Counted from the stretch's first letter, positions 1 through 10,886 are shown. The stretch: 64,000 nucleotides of DNA from Thermoplasmatales archaeon (GCA_027310185.1 DAIDBH010000008.1:1-64000); one strand, 5' to 3'. Translations and numbers: made by a program. Notes: generated by a model not told the origin, from the sequence alone.

Positions 1-170
1 TTTCGACAGCCTTCTATTCACCCTTCTTTCAGGGTATTATGTCGAATCGAAGGGCAGTCAATCTAGTTAGCGACCTCCTGGGTCAAGTTTTAGAACGACT
101 GCCTCTCCGACTCTCACGCTGACACCGTCATGTCAACGCGGCCAAAAGAACTTTTTTCATGACATCTAGG
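1..170. other. GC-rich non-coding tract with three stacked hairpins; possibly the end of an IS110-family element lying outside the window
   Basis: Inverted repeats ttcgaca(2-8)/tgtcgaa(40-46), accct(20-24)/agggt(31-35), gggcagtc(52-59)/gactgcct(97-104), gacc/ggtc (72-84) and tgaca/tgtca (120-135). The IS assignment is inference only. Confidence 0.35.
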
Positions 171-559
171 CTTTACAATACCATTCTAAAATAGTGGTTC
201 TATATAAGAGTTAAACATTTCAGATGTTCTATTTGCTGGTGACTGAACCCTTTTTGAATAATTTTCCATGCTATCTGGATCAAACTCTGTATCTCCCTGA
301 TATCTATATCCCATCATTCTATTATAATGGAGTGAAATTAATCTGTTAAACCTGAAAAAGCAGGCCATAGTAGGATTATTATGCCCTGAATTCAAAGTAA
401 ATGCTATGTTATTATAACAAAATAAGTATAAGTGACCTCTTCGATGAAGTTTTCAAAGGAAAATAGAGACAGTATTTTGTGATTGATCCACTTTTATTTG
501 CAAATAAATCAATATACTGAAATGCCTTTCCTGCACTTCTGAATAAACTGCATCATAGG

Positions 560-840
560 TACGGATAGCGGTAGAAGGCTGAACATTCGTGTAATAACCA
601 TGGTGAAGGTTCTTTATTTTTAGAATCTGTACAGTCTTACAGATTAACAGGGAGAGAAGGGGGTTCTTGACAGTATCTCATACATGAAGCTTCATAGATT
701 GCCCTGACACCGGATGCAAGAACCATATGTCTATTCCAGAAAAGATTATCAAAGACCACTAAGGAAAGAATCATGTAGAATGAATTACACATACAGCTTG
801 AAACTAATGAGATCAAAGTTAAGAATGGATCTGCAAAGAA
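560..840 (+). pseudogene. IS5-family transposase remnant (N-terminal part, multiple stops and frameshifts)
   Basis: Manual translation gives MVKVLYF*NLYSLTD*QGEKGVLDSISYM and, after a shift, PDARTICLFQKRLSKTTKERIM*NELHIQLETNEIKVKNGSA. These resemble the IS5 segments LQxLYNLSDE and PDxxTIWLFRERL. Confidence 0.7.
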
Positions 841-955
841 TGAACTGGACTGAAGAAAATGCCATGTCATGTACGAATCGTCATGATGTCCAGAATCTAT
901 ATATTATATGATAAACACGTAATAAAAGTATTAGGTCTTACGGGTATGGCATCAT

Positions 956-2266
956 GTGTTCGATGCATTGGATGATAGCAGGCTCAAGAAGGTACATCTC
1001 AGGATCACCGCCCTATCTTCCGGTGGAAGCTTCCTTGATGGGTATGATATATCCATAATATCAGTCGCCATCCTGATATTGCAGTCACAGTTTTCCCTCA
1101 GCCCCATTGATGTAACCCTGCTTCTTGGTTCTACAATACTTGGAATGATCTTTGGCGGTGTCTTCATCGGTTATATTACAGATCTAAGGGGAAGAAGATA
1201 CGTATACATGTGGGACATGGCATTCTTCATATTTTTCACAGTTCTTACAGCAGTTTCCACTGACTATCTTCAGCTGCTTCTCTTCAGGCTTCTCCTCGGC
1301 ATTGCAATAGGTGCGGATTATGCAATTACACCCACGATCATAGCGGAATTCTCACCGATGAAGCACAGGGGAAAACTGCTCAGCCTCTCCGGGGCTGCCT
1401 GGTTCATAGGAGCTTTTGCATCATACGGAATTGGCACCATCCTCATACCTCTCGGAAACATATCATGGAGGTACATGTTCCTGATCGGGATAGTTCCTGC
1501 CATGATCATCCTCATACTGAGACGTGATGTGCCTGAATCACCGAGATGGCTTCTTTCTCACGGAGAAAATAAGAGGGCTAATGAATCAATGAAGGAGATC
1601 GACATTAACGCCTATGTGGATGCACCTGTGACACACAGCAGGACAAGGATCGGTGATCTCTTCAGGAAAAAATACATTGCTGCCACTGCCTTCATATCCA
1701 TATTCTGGTTTGCACTGGATGCAGTAACATATGTGATCGCACTGGATGGCCCATCTGTCCTGCAGGGCCTCGGCATAAGTTCAGACGCAGCTTCCGGCTA
1801 TGCAACAGTCATTGCATTCCTGGCAATAATTGGGGCTGTTATCGCCATTCTTCTCGTCGATACCACAGGAAGAAAGAACCTTACGGTGGCAGGATTCGCA
1901 GGCATGGTAATTACGCTCCTGCTTGCAGCGGTCATTTTTGATTATTTTCCCGCTGTTATTTACATCGTGCTCCTGTTCGTCGTCTTTGAGATCAGCCAGG
2001 AGCTGGGACCAGGCATCACCAACTCCATCTATCCCCAGGAACTGTATGCCACCGATATAAGATCCACGGCACAGGGTTTTGGAACAACCATAAGCAGGGT
2101 CGGAGCACTCTTTGGCATATTCGCCTTTTCCTTTGTCTGGGATGCTTACGGAATCGGTACAGGCATGATCTTCCTTGCAGTGATATCAGCAATAGGTCTT
2201 GCAGTAACCATCTGGCTGGGAAACGAAACTGCAGGGAAGTCCCTTGAGGAACTTAGCGGAAACTAG
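956..2266 (+). CDS. MFS transporter (sugar porter-like)
   Basis: About 12 hydrophobic segments; DGYD in TM1, DLRGRR loop, PESPRWL, C-terminal ETAGKSLEE. Confidence 0.92.
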   Translation: MFDALDDSRLKKVHLRITALSSGGSFLDGYDISIISVAILILQSQFSLSPIDVTLLLGSTILGMIFGGVFIGYITDLRGRRYVYMWDMAFFIFFTVLTAVSTDYLQLLLFRLLLGIAIGADYAITPTIIAEFSPMKHRGKLLSLSGAAWFIGAFASYGIGTILIPLGNISWRYMFLIGIVPAMIILILRRDVPESPRWLLSHGENKRANESMKEIDINAYVDAPVTHSRTRIGDLFRKKYIAATAFISIFWFALDAVTYVIALDGPSVLQGLGISSDAASGYATVIAFLAIIGAVIAILLVDTTGRKNLTVAGFAGMVITLLLAAVIFDYFPAVIYIVLLFVVFEISQELGPGITNSIYPQELYATDIRSTAQGFGTTISRVGALFGIFAFSFVWDAYGIGTGMIFLAVISAIGLAVTIWLGNETAGKSLEELSGN

Positions 2267-2268
2267 CT

Positions 2269-3018
2269 TCAATGATCAGACTCAATGAGCTTGATCACAA
2301 TATCAGGACGATCGGAACCTATGGCATCAACGCCTGCATTCAGGGACTCTGAGATGCCGCTTATATCATCAGGTGCCCAGACACTCACCTGGAGACCTCC
2401 CTTATGGCACCTGTCAACGTATGATGATGTCAGGCCCTCATAGTTTATTGCAATGATATTGCAGCCACACTGCTTCACCATGTATATCGGGTCAACTGGA
2501 AACCCTGCAATAAGGGCACCGCATTTAATGCCAGGAAATCTGTTCTTCATCATGAGGAGCGCATCATGGAAGAAGGATATGATCACGCTTCTGTCTAGTA
2601 ATTCCGGCCGTTTTGTGAATAATTTTATCAGTGAGCCGGCCGTCTCCATGGATTTCAATTCTATTACCAAAGGAATGTATATGGCATCAAATAACTCTTC
2701 CAGCATGGGTATATCTTCCTTCCCACCCACCTTGATCTTCTTTAGTTCTGATGTTTCCAGGTCTCTTACCTTCATGTCAATCCCGGCTGTCCTCTTCAGG
2801 TCAGGATCATGTATAACTGCAAGATTTCCGTCCTTCGTGATCTGAACATCACATTCCACTGCATCAACACCAAGCTTCTCCACTCCCTTGAAAGCAGACA
2901 TTGTATTTTCACTGAACAGGTCTCCGCCTCCCCTGTGTGCTATCACCAATATTTCTTTTCCCCTGTATATGTGCGTCACATATTCACGATCCGGAACTGG
3001 ATATATAGGATTGTGCAA
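2269..3018 (-). CDS. Glycerophosphodiester phosphodiesterase (GDPD) family; true start may be slightly downstream
   Basis: IAHRGG, ENT, ECDVQITKDG, IHD, ELK and SDRPD motifs. Confidence 0.92.
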   Translation of the reverse strand: MHNPIYPVPDREYVTHIYRGKEILVIAHRGGGDLFSENTMSAFKGVEKLGVDAVECDVQITKDGNLAVIHDPDLKRTAGIDMKVRDLETSELKKIKVGGKEDIPMLEELFDAIYIPLVIELKSMETAGSLIKLFTKRPELLDRSVIISFFHDALLMMKNRFPGIKCGALIAGFPVDPIYMVKQCGCNIIAINYEGLTSSYVDRCHKGGLQVSVWAPDDISGISESLNAGVDAIGSDRPDIVIKLIESDH

Positions 3019-3229
3019 GCAACTTAAATGATTCCAGGAGAAGAACGAAAATGATATATCTCATGGATTGAACTGATGTCTCCATCAACAGAGATTCACA
3101 TGCACTTCTCAAATAACTTCAAAGATCTTTCCTTACATGGGTTCACTCACTTTCGCTCATGATGATATGACCTGCAATTGATGGAAATCTGAGCCAAAAT
3201 CCTTTAAGTTGAAAGAACATGAACCATAC

Positions 3230-4150
3230 ATGACGCTTGATCCTGCAATGAAAAAAGTACTTGAAATATATAAGGACATGAACCTACCCAAACTGTATGA
3301 CATGAAGATAGACCAGCTAAGGAGCATGATGAGCAGCAGTCTTCCGCAGGAGAGTGACAGCGTCAAGAGTGTTGAGGATCTGTCATTCACCAGTGGAGAA
3401 AATACCATTCCGTGCAGGCTTTACACACCGGAAAGTCCAGGGAAGAGCATGATCATATATTTCCACGGAGGCGGTTTCATCTGGGGCGGCATTGAATCCT
3501 CAGATCCACTGTGCAGGAGAATAGCAAATATTTCTGAAGCAAAGGTCCTCTCTGTTGGGTACCGCCATGCACCGGAAAATAAGTTTCCTTCCCCCGTGGA
3601 TGATGGATTCAACGCATTCCTCTGGGCCTGCAACAATTCAGAGAAGCTTGGCATAGACCGCACAAAAATTGTACTTGCCGGTGACAGTTCAGGTGGGAAT
3701 ATTGCTGCCACAGCCTGTCTTAAACTGAAGGATACTGGTCATGAACTACCGATGATGCAGGTGCTCTTCTACCCGTTCACCGGCCCAGATTTTTTCTCTG
3801 AGTCCATGCGTGAATTCAGTGAAGGATATTTTCTAACACAGCAAGAACTGAAATGGATCGGAGACAGTTACCTTAATTCCAGGAGTGAAGCACTCGATCC
3901 ATACTTTGCCCCTGTTCTTCATGAACATCTCGAAGGACTGCCGGAGGCGCTTATCGTAACTGCGGAGTACGATCCACTGAGGGACCAGGGGGAGATGTAT
4001 GCCTCCAGGCTCTATTCTGCCGGTGTTCCTGTAACATCAATAAGGGCAAATGGCATGATCCATGGCTTCACCGGATTGTTTACCATATCACCTGCAGCTA
4101 ACTCAATTATAACCATGGTTTACAGCGTTGTTCGTGCAAGAATGAAGTGA
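3230..4150 (+). CDS. Alpha/beta-hydrolase esterase (HSL family)
   Basis: HGGGF oxyanion motif, GDSSG nucleophile, DPLRD, HGF. Start placed at ATG 3230, about 25 bp after a TATA-like CTTTAAG. Confidence 0.92.
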   Translation: MTLDPAMKKVLEIYKDMNLPKLYDMKIDQLRSMMSSSLPQESDSVKSVEDLSFTSGENTIPCRLYTPESPGKSMIIYFHGGGFIWGGIESSDPLCRRIANISEAKVLSVGYRHAPENKFPSPVDDGFNAFLWACNNSEKLGIDRTKIVLAGDSSGGNIAATACLKLKDTGHELPMMQVLFYPFTGPDFFSESMREFSEGYFLTQQELKWIGDSYLNSRSEALDPYFAPVLHEHLEGLPEALIVTAEYDPLRDQGEMYASRLYSAGVPVTSIRANGMIHGFTGLFTISPAANSIITMVYSVVRARMK

Positions 4151-4378
4151 ATATTGAAACACGGACTTCTTTTCATATGTCAGGAAATTGATGTATATTA
4201 TCAAGATTATATCAATGTAAAAAATAAAAATTCGAGAGCTTATCCAATACGATTCAAGAATGAACCAGAGAAACGATATAGATTGTCGATATTTCTTAAA
4301 GTTAATTCATACAATAATAGCTACAAAAGAGGTAGCCATAATCAGGCATATGATGAGTAGATTATGAAAAAGAAGAAT

Positions 4379-5638
4379 TTAGAATTCATTTTCCTCTCTT
4401 TTTAAATTCTTTAACGAATTTGATTTCGACGAGTTATGATCAATGTCTAGATTTCTTGGTATAGCCTTCACTGAGTCAATTTCTATAGTAAATACAGGTA
4501 TTTCTGGTATGTTTGCAATTCCTGAAATGTTTCCGTATAACTTTACAAGGTTATGTAAACTATTAGTCAATTGAGTTTCTCTCTTTTTCCAATTACGCTC
4601 CATAGTAGCCTTTTCCTTTTGTATATCACTAAGGGTTGTTAACACAGGAAGAGCAGCTCCTTCCATAAAACTTCTGAATTCATTACCCAGAACGAAGTTA
4701 TACAAAATTCCTTCCTTTTCAGTTCGATCTATATTGGCTCTTTTCAGTTCAAAAACTTTTAGAATGTTAGATCGAAGAAGATGGGAAATTGGATCGAGAA
4801 GCTGAAAATTAGTTATAACAATACCCTTTCTTAAATCAAAACTTTTAACATCCTTTGGTAAGGTTTCTGATACTATGACACCTATATCGCCTTTGACGGA
4901 ATCCCTATCTCCTATAAGCTTTTCAATCCACTTATCGGACCAGCTTTTTGTTTTCTTTGATTCCCATACTATTGTTCCTACAGTCTCTCCAATACTATTC
5001 CTAACAATCTGAATTACATCTGCTCCACTAACACCATGTGGAACTGGACTTATCGAATCATGTGGAAAGAGTAACTTTAGACGCTCTTCAATCAGAAGTT
5101 CCTGAATTTCGCCCTGAGCTTCCTGTGATCCCTGAGATAGTTTTGCCTGCATATCCTGAACTTCTTTTTTTTGACGTTCTATTGTAAGTTTCAGTTGAGA
5201 AATTTCACCTTCGTAGGTCTTTTTGGACAATTCCTCAATGGTTTTTTCCCAATCTTTTCGTCTTTTTTCAACTTCCTGTTCAACCTTAAGAGGCAGTTGC
5301 TTTTCTTTTAATTCTATTTCACGGCTTTTCTTTAAAATCTCTAATTCCTTATTGCTCGCCTCCTCTAACTTTGACTCAAGGTCTCTAACTGTATCGTCTT
5401 TTTCCTTGATTTCTTTAGAAATCTTCTCTCTTTCCTCATCTATTGCCTTTTTTACAGTTTCTTTCTCAATTCTTTCTGTTTCCTTTTTTAATCTAATCTC
5501 TAACTCATCATTCAGTTCATGTTTCAGAGTGTCTGTAAGTGAAAATTCCTTTCCACATTTAGGACACACAACAGTCATTGCACTAATACCGCTTTCCTCT
5601 TTGCTTATGTTTGATTTCACCATTTTACATCCCTTCAA
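4379..5638 (-). CDS. DUF2130-like protein (CxxC, coiled coil, PD-(D/E)XK-like domain)
   Basis: CPKCG, long E/K-rich coil, GSQEAQGE, GADV..WESKKTKSWSDKWIEKL. Confidence 0.8.
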   Translation of the reverse strand: MKGCKMVKSNISKEESGISAMTVVCPKCGKEFSLTDTLKHELNDELEIRLKKETERIEKETVKKAIDEEREKISKEIKEKDDTVRDLESKLEEASNKELEILKKSREIELKEKQLPLKVEQEVEKRRKDWEKTIEELSKKTYEGEISQLKLTIERQKKEVQDMQAKLSQGSQEAQGEIQELLIEERLKLLFPHDSISPVPHGVSGADVIQIVRNSIGETVGTIVWESKKTKSWSDKWIEKLIGDRDSVKGDIGVIVSETLPKDVKSFDLRKGIVITNFQLLDPISHLLRSNILKVFELKRANIDRTEKEGILYNFVLGNEFRSFMEGAALPVLTTLSDIQKEKATMERNWKKRETQLTNSLHNLVKLYGNISGIANIPEIPVFTIEIDSVKAIPRNLDIDHNSSKSNSLKNLKREENEF

Positions 5639-5935
5639 ACTGTCTTTGCATTATCAAAACGATTGAATAGATAAAAAGTATTCTATCGATAAGTTAGAGG
5701 AAACAGTATGGTATTTGACTGTTACCTTTATTCCTATGTACTAGGTTCCCTCAGTTTTCAACAAATGAAGATAGGCATTATAATCCAATTATCTGAATAA
5801 TATGAGGGACTTACTAGCTGTAAATCAGTATACTTCATCTTTTGGCTATCATGCGAAACTATTTTGCCAAGGAATTCCATAATTAACAGGGTTCTCTTAT
5901 CAATAATGTTACAGTATTAATATTGTTAAGGTAAT

Positions 5936-6556
5936 CTATAGCTTTTCCATAGCACTTATCGAAATGTCTCTTAAATGATTTTCTAGGTCTAGAACTTCCA
6001 CATCACTCTGTGATTGAATTAGCTTTAAGAGCCAAAGCCCTTCAGGAATTAATGGAAATTTATATTTAACCATCCCTACTCTTTTACTAAACTCTTTATT
6101 TTCACGTTTCTCTTTGAATTCATCTACCGCCTTTAAAGCATAATATATTAGTTCTTCATAGTTGATTATTGTAATTCCTTTTTCTTCCATTTCTTTCCTA
6201 AGGTCATCCCACTTTTTTTTGGGCGTCCATACCATAACGAAAATATTTATAAGATCCTTAACTCTAAGTTTTTCGTATCTTTCTTGTGCCAGACTCTTTA
6301 TATCAGTTGAATTTTCAATATTAAACTTTTCAAATATTTTATGTTTCATTTTTTCATATTCACTAGCAGGTGCTATTTCACATTCGGCATGAACAATGAT
6401 CAGCCCATTTTCATGAATCCTAAACCCTAAAACATCCGCCTCGTTTCTACCACCTTTTTTCATAGAACTTAAAGGAACATTTGTTTCAGTTGAATATCCC
6501 TTAATTGAGATAAATTCAGCCACAAGTTCTTCCAACCAATTCTTTGTTATTGCCAT
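5936..6556 (-). CDS. Hypothetical protein with restriction-endonuclease-like PD-(D/E)XK signature
   Basis: LEELVAEF..KGY, EADVLG, HAECE (ExE instead of ExK). Confidence 0.6.
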   Translation of the reverse strand: MAITKNWLEELVAEFISIKGYSTETNVPLSSMKKGGRNEADVLGFRIHENGLIIVHAECEIAPASEYEKMKHKIFEKFNIENSTDIKSLAQERYEKLRVKDLINIFVMVWTPKKKWDDLRKEMEEKGITIINYEELIYYALKAVDEFKEKRENKEFSKRVGMVKYKFPLIPEGLWLLKLIQSQSDVEVLDLENHLRDISISAMEKL

Positions 6557-6832
6557 TTAAATAGCATATATACATTTAACTTAATGATTTATGTTACCCC
6601 ATATATCGTTGTAATCACTAATATCTCATCATATAGGGCAAGACCACTGCTTTGGAAATATGTAAGTTCCCCGGAAAGATCGACGGAAAAATGTCTGTGC
6701 AACAACAGAATAAACTTGAATTGATACTTTCCAAGGAATATTGTATGATTTATGGCTAGCAAGCATGATTTTATATGAAGCTGAAATAGAATTATAGTTA
6801 ACTACTAATATTTATATATAAATTAAAAATTA

Positions 6833-7054
6833 GTGAACATGAATTATTTAGAGTATATTTCTGTTTTATCTTATGCCCTTGGTGGGTTTACCTTGATCTT
6901 TGGACTTATCATGAATTTCTTTCTCCCTGACTCATTCAACGGGAATGTTGAATTTACTGTTACAATCATACTTTTTGCTGGGTTTATAGTTACCGCGATG
7001 GTAAGCAAAGGAAAAGCAGATCCTGCTGATAATTTTGCAAGAAAGACATCTTGA
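6833..7054 (+). CDS. Small two-TM membrane protein
   Basis: Two hydrophobic stretches; TATA-like TTTATATA upstream. Confidence 0.5.
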   Translation: MNMNYLEYISVLSYALGGFTLIFGLIMNFFLPDSFNGNVEFTVTIILFAGFIVTAMVSKGKADPADNFARKTS

Positions 7055-7511
7055 ATTCATAAGTCTTAATTATTGATTCATATCAAAGGCTTCACCAGTT
7101 CCAAGGTAGTGGTTTTTTTCCCATAGAGTTTTTCCAAATTCAAAAACTGAAACCTTTTTCATTACATCGTGCTCATTATTCACGATTCTTTACAATACTG
7201 GCTGGTATGGACTTTACAGGTAGATTGAAGCGCCTGGTGATTCCTCAAAAGATTGCATTCATGAAGAGAATATTCTAATTATCCATCTCATGGTGATGAC
7301 TGCGCAGAGAGTTAGCACTGGATTTCCTGACAGAAAGGCTAATACTGCTAGACCTCAGATGAAAATAAGGATGGAATGACATATTTAAAAGTGTTTCTGT
7401 GCGGTTGAAACTCGCTGAAATAATTTCACATGTATTGTGAAAGATGTCTTGCTAAGGGTAGGATTGTTTTGGAAATCCTCAAATATTTGTTGATAATATA
7501 GTATAATACTT

Positions 7512-8948
7512 ATGTCTCAACATAACTTTATAGACAGGATTGAAGAAATGAAAATCCTGGAAAATGAGCTAAACAAATATGGTGCATCACTGTGCATAAT
7601 ATACGGTAGAAGGAGGGTTGGGAAAACAGAATTGATCAGCAGATTCACAGGCAATCGTGGCGTTTACTTTCTTGCCACAACTGAAGGGGATCGGGAAAAC
7701 ATAAATAGCTTCAAGGCAATAATTTCAAAGTTTCTTGGAGATGACAGCATTCTCAGGGCAAGCTTTAATGACTGGCTCTCGCTTTTTACTGTTCTGGCAT
7801 CAAGTAGTTCGTTTCAGTCAAGAGCAAGAGATTCAAAGATCATAATTGCCATAGATGAATTCCCATACCTTATGGAGGCCAACAGGGCAATCCCATCGGT
7901 TTTCCAGAAATTATATGACACCATACTGAAGCAGATGAATGTAATGTTGATCCTTTCAGGCTCATCCATTAGCATGATGGAAAATGAAGTATTATCCTAT
8001 AGGAGTCCACTCTACGGCAGAAGAAGTGCTCAGTTGAAGATACATCCACTGAAATTCAGGTATATATCTGAATTTGTAAGTTATGGCTTTGAAGATTTAT
8101 GCAATACATATTTTGTCTTTGGTGGTATACCAGACTATCTGCAGAAACTTGAACCCCGTAAGAATTTCTGGGAAAATGTGTCAGGAAACATGCTTTCAAG
8201 GGGTGAATCACTCTATGAAGAAGCTGAGTTTCTGCTTAGAACTGAATTCAGGGAACCCAGGAATTACATGCTGATTCTCAGATCCATATCACAGGGAAAT
8301 CATACACTGGGAGAAATTTGCGATTTTTCAGGCCTGGACAAGAGCATGGTTTCCAAATATCTTGACGTTCTGTTATCACTGGAGTTGATTATTTCAGAGA
8401 GGCCCTTCGGTGCTTCCGAGAAGTTCAAGAGAAAGTTATACTGGATATCTGACTCATACCTGAAGTTCTGGTTCAGGTACGTATTGCCCCATAAGAGCGA
8501 GATTGAAAGTTCTCACAGCAAAGAGGTTCTTAAAAATATAAAGGATGATTTTTCTACTTTTGCCGGTGAGCAGTTTGAGAACCTGATGAAGGAACTCATA
8601 AGTGATGGTATATTGGGAGGGCCATTCGATACTGTTTCCAGGTGGTGGGGCAGGAGTGTGCATGGTAAGAAAGGCAAGGATATGGAGGAGATAGATATTG
8701 TTGCGTACTCTACAACCCGTGAAGAATTGCTCTTAGCTGAATGCAAGTGGACAGGAAGTCCTGTTTCAATGGGAGTTGTTGATGCCCTGATAAGAAAATC
8801 AGAAACATTGAAAGAGCAATTTCCGGGAAAAAAATACAGGTACGCAGTTTTTTCAAAAAGTGGATTCCGTGAAGTTAAATCGGAACTGAACAAGGATGTT
8901 ATATTGATGGATCTTGCAGATATAGAACATCAGCTTTACGGGAAATGA
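7512..8948 (+). CDS. Archaeal AAA ATPase with C-terminal DUF234 nuclease-like domain
   Basis: YGRRRVGKT Walker A, IDEFPYL Walker B, SPLYGRR, FGGIP, EIDIV..ECKW. Confidence 0.9.
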   Translation: MSQHNFIDRIEEMKILENELNKYGASLCIIYGRRRVGKTELISRFTGNRGVYFLATTEGDRENINSFKAIISKFLGDDSILRASFNDWLSLFTVLASSSSFQSRARDSKIIIAIDEFPYLMEANRAIPSVFQKLYDTILKQMNVMLILSGSSISMMENEVLSYRSPLYGRRSAQLKIHPLKFRYISEFVSYGFEDLCNTYFVFGGIPDYLQKLEPRKNFWENVSGNMLSRGESLYEEAEFLLRTEFREPRNYMLILRSISQGNHTLGEICDFSGLDKSMVSKYLDVLLSLELIISERPFGASEKFKRKLYWISDSYLKFWFRYVLPHKSEIESSHSKEVLKNIKDDFSTFAGEQFENLMKELISDGILGGPFDTVSRWWGRSVHGKKGKDMEEIDIVAYSTTREELLLAECKWTGSPVSMGVVDALIRKSETLKEQFPGKKYRYAVFSKSGFREVKSELNKDVILMDLADIEHQLYGK

Positions 8949-8995
8949 AAAATATGCAGTTGAACCTGGAATTCCTGTAAAGCCATGGTGCACTC

Positions 8996-9365
8996 TCACT
9001 GATCCGCCCAGGATTCCATGACTTCCATTATCTCCTTCATATCAGGCAGTTCATCCATGACTATATTTTTCAGCTCTTTGTTCATGTACCCTTCCTGCAT
9101 CCTAACTTCACCAGCAAATTCTTCCCTGCTGAATGATATATTATAGAAACCAAGTTTCCTGTTCACCATTTCCCTGTTGAATTTTATTCCTTTCACCTTA
9201 ATAAGGAAGAACAGGTCATAAATATCCCTTGGTTTTTTCCCCGTATATATTGCCTTTACCTTTTCGGATGCAACCTCTTCCAGTGACATGCAGGATAGAA
9301 CTCTTACAGGTAAATTATATTCAGGAAAGTCAAATTTCAGCGAAATGGGATTATCAATTTTCCCA
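8996..9365 (-). pseudogene. AbiEii-type nucleotidyltransferase toxin, C-terminal fragment
   Basis: SLEEVASEKVKAI..KPRDIYDL motif; the N-terminal GGT/SxDLD region is absent. Confidence 0.75.
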
Positions 9366-9699
9366 GATCGTAATAGTTGATTGAATTTTGGGTACTCACA
9401 CATTCGACGTTTTCTGGAACCTGATAGGATATATTGTGGAACAGTAATGCAGAATTCAATGATGTGTATGAAGGGGAAACCAGCTGTGATGCTATGATGA
9501 AATCATCCTCAATAATTGATATCCGGCCATTTATGAGCCTGGTTGCAAGACCGTTTTTAACAAGCCTGTTAATATAGACAAGTGATATATTTCTATTCTT
9601 GTTTATAAGATTTGAAAACTCCTGGCTATTGTAAACACTAACACCTGAATTTAAGGCCATGTCTCGAATTTTAAATAGTGATAGTTTTTTCGTTGTCAC
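9337..9699 (-). pseudogene. AbiEi-type antitoxin/regulator, truncated N-terminal part
   Basis: Winged-helix N-terminus, IASQLVSPSYTSLNSALLFH..QVP; ends abruptly inside the toxin fragment. Confidence 0.75.
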
Positions 9700-10060
9700 A
9701 CTCCTATAACAATATTGTTATACTGATGTGATACAATAATCCTTTCGAAGACAGTTTATCAATACATTCGTTATACGGATATTTCCTGCGACATAGAATC
9801 TTATAATATAGCAGAATCGTGTTTCCGAATATGGTTACCAGATCAAATCATTTCTTCTTATTACAGATAATGAAGATAATATATCTGACCACAGAAACAG
9901 GGATAAATGTTCCAGGGGATGTATCCTTCATGATTACACAACATTTGAGACGCTATGCTTAAACATCATGAAAAGTTAAATGTTTCCAAAGAATTTAAAA
10001 TTAAAACGCTTTCTTGAGCTTGTATATGATATACAGAATTATGCGTGAGACTAAGATTCC

Positions 10061-10495
10061 TCAAATATTTGAAATGAATGGGTTGATAATTTTCAGGCCA
10101 GGTATTTTATGGAAGTCCTTCTCATTTTCAGTTATTATCTGGTTTATTCCATGTTCTTTCATGGTTTCTGACATCAAGGTATCTAAAAAAGGAGACCTGA
10201 AAGCAAGGGAACTCTTCAGGGCGTTTTTCACTGTGATCTCATTATAAGTTATTTTTATCCAGTTTTCAGAATCTGCAAAAGACTCAACTATGACCATGGC
10301 CGAATGCTCACTAACATCAAGCTTGCGTGTCATTGCATTATACAATTCCACCAGGACCTGATTGGATATGATCCCCTTCTTCTTCCCTAAAAAAACATCC
10401 TCTACTATTTTTTTGCAAATTTTCCTCTTAACTGGTTCATTGAGATCATATGCATAGAACAAAATATTTGTGTCGTAAAAAGGATCATCTTTCAT
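10061..10495 (-). CDS. vapC: PIN-domain VapC toxin
   Basis: YDTNIL, QVLVEL, FLDTL, TENEKDF acidic tetrad. Confidence 0.88.
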   Translation of the reverse strand: MKDDPFYDTNILFYAYDLNEPVKRKICKKIVEDVFLGKKKGIISNQVLVELYNAMTRKLDVSEHSAMVIVESFADSENWIKITYNEITVKNALKSSLAFRSPFLDTLMSETMKEHGINQIITENEKDFHKIPGLKIINPFISNI

Positions 10496-10736
10496 AAAGG
10501 TCTTCCCTTTTGAAATCCCACTTCTTCATCATTATTCCATTTTCAAGCAGGTTGAGATTTTCACTGAGCGCATCCTGACTATCCTGCTTAAGCCAGTTTT
10601 CCAGGGCCTCGTTCAATGCCATAGCCAACGATCCCTTCCTGTTGCCGAACTTCAACCTTGCCTTCTCCCTGAACCTTTTTTCTATTGATTCGTCAAGGTT
10701 TACAGTAACTGTTTTTGCCATGTATTCAATATACAT
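10485..10736 (-). CDS. Ribbon-helix-helix antitoxin (VapB-like)
   Basis: KTVTVNLDE beta-ribbon, C-terminal REDLYER; overlaps the vapC start. Confidence 0.8.
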   Translation of the reverse strand: MYIEYMAKTVTVNLDESIEKRFREKARLKFGNRKGSLAMALNEALENWLKQDSQDALSENLNLLENGIMMKKWDFKREDLYER

Positions 10737-10886
10737 TTACATGTTATAAACATTTACATTAATCAATAATACATGTATTTACTTCATATATTTTCTGTTA
10801 AACTGTTTTTCTGATGCTATTTACTACTCCAACTAAGTCAACGTTTCCCATTTCCTCCCATAATACAGGAGTAGGACGGATTTTAG

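Noticed and set aside
186-395. 69-aa minus-strand ORF
   Set aside because: Non-ATG start, no motif, and an eroded context; cannot be supported.
7198-7216. Possible att copy in the gctggtatggacttta tract
   Set aside because: Only a partial match, with no conserved arm after it.
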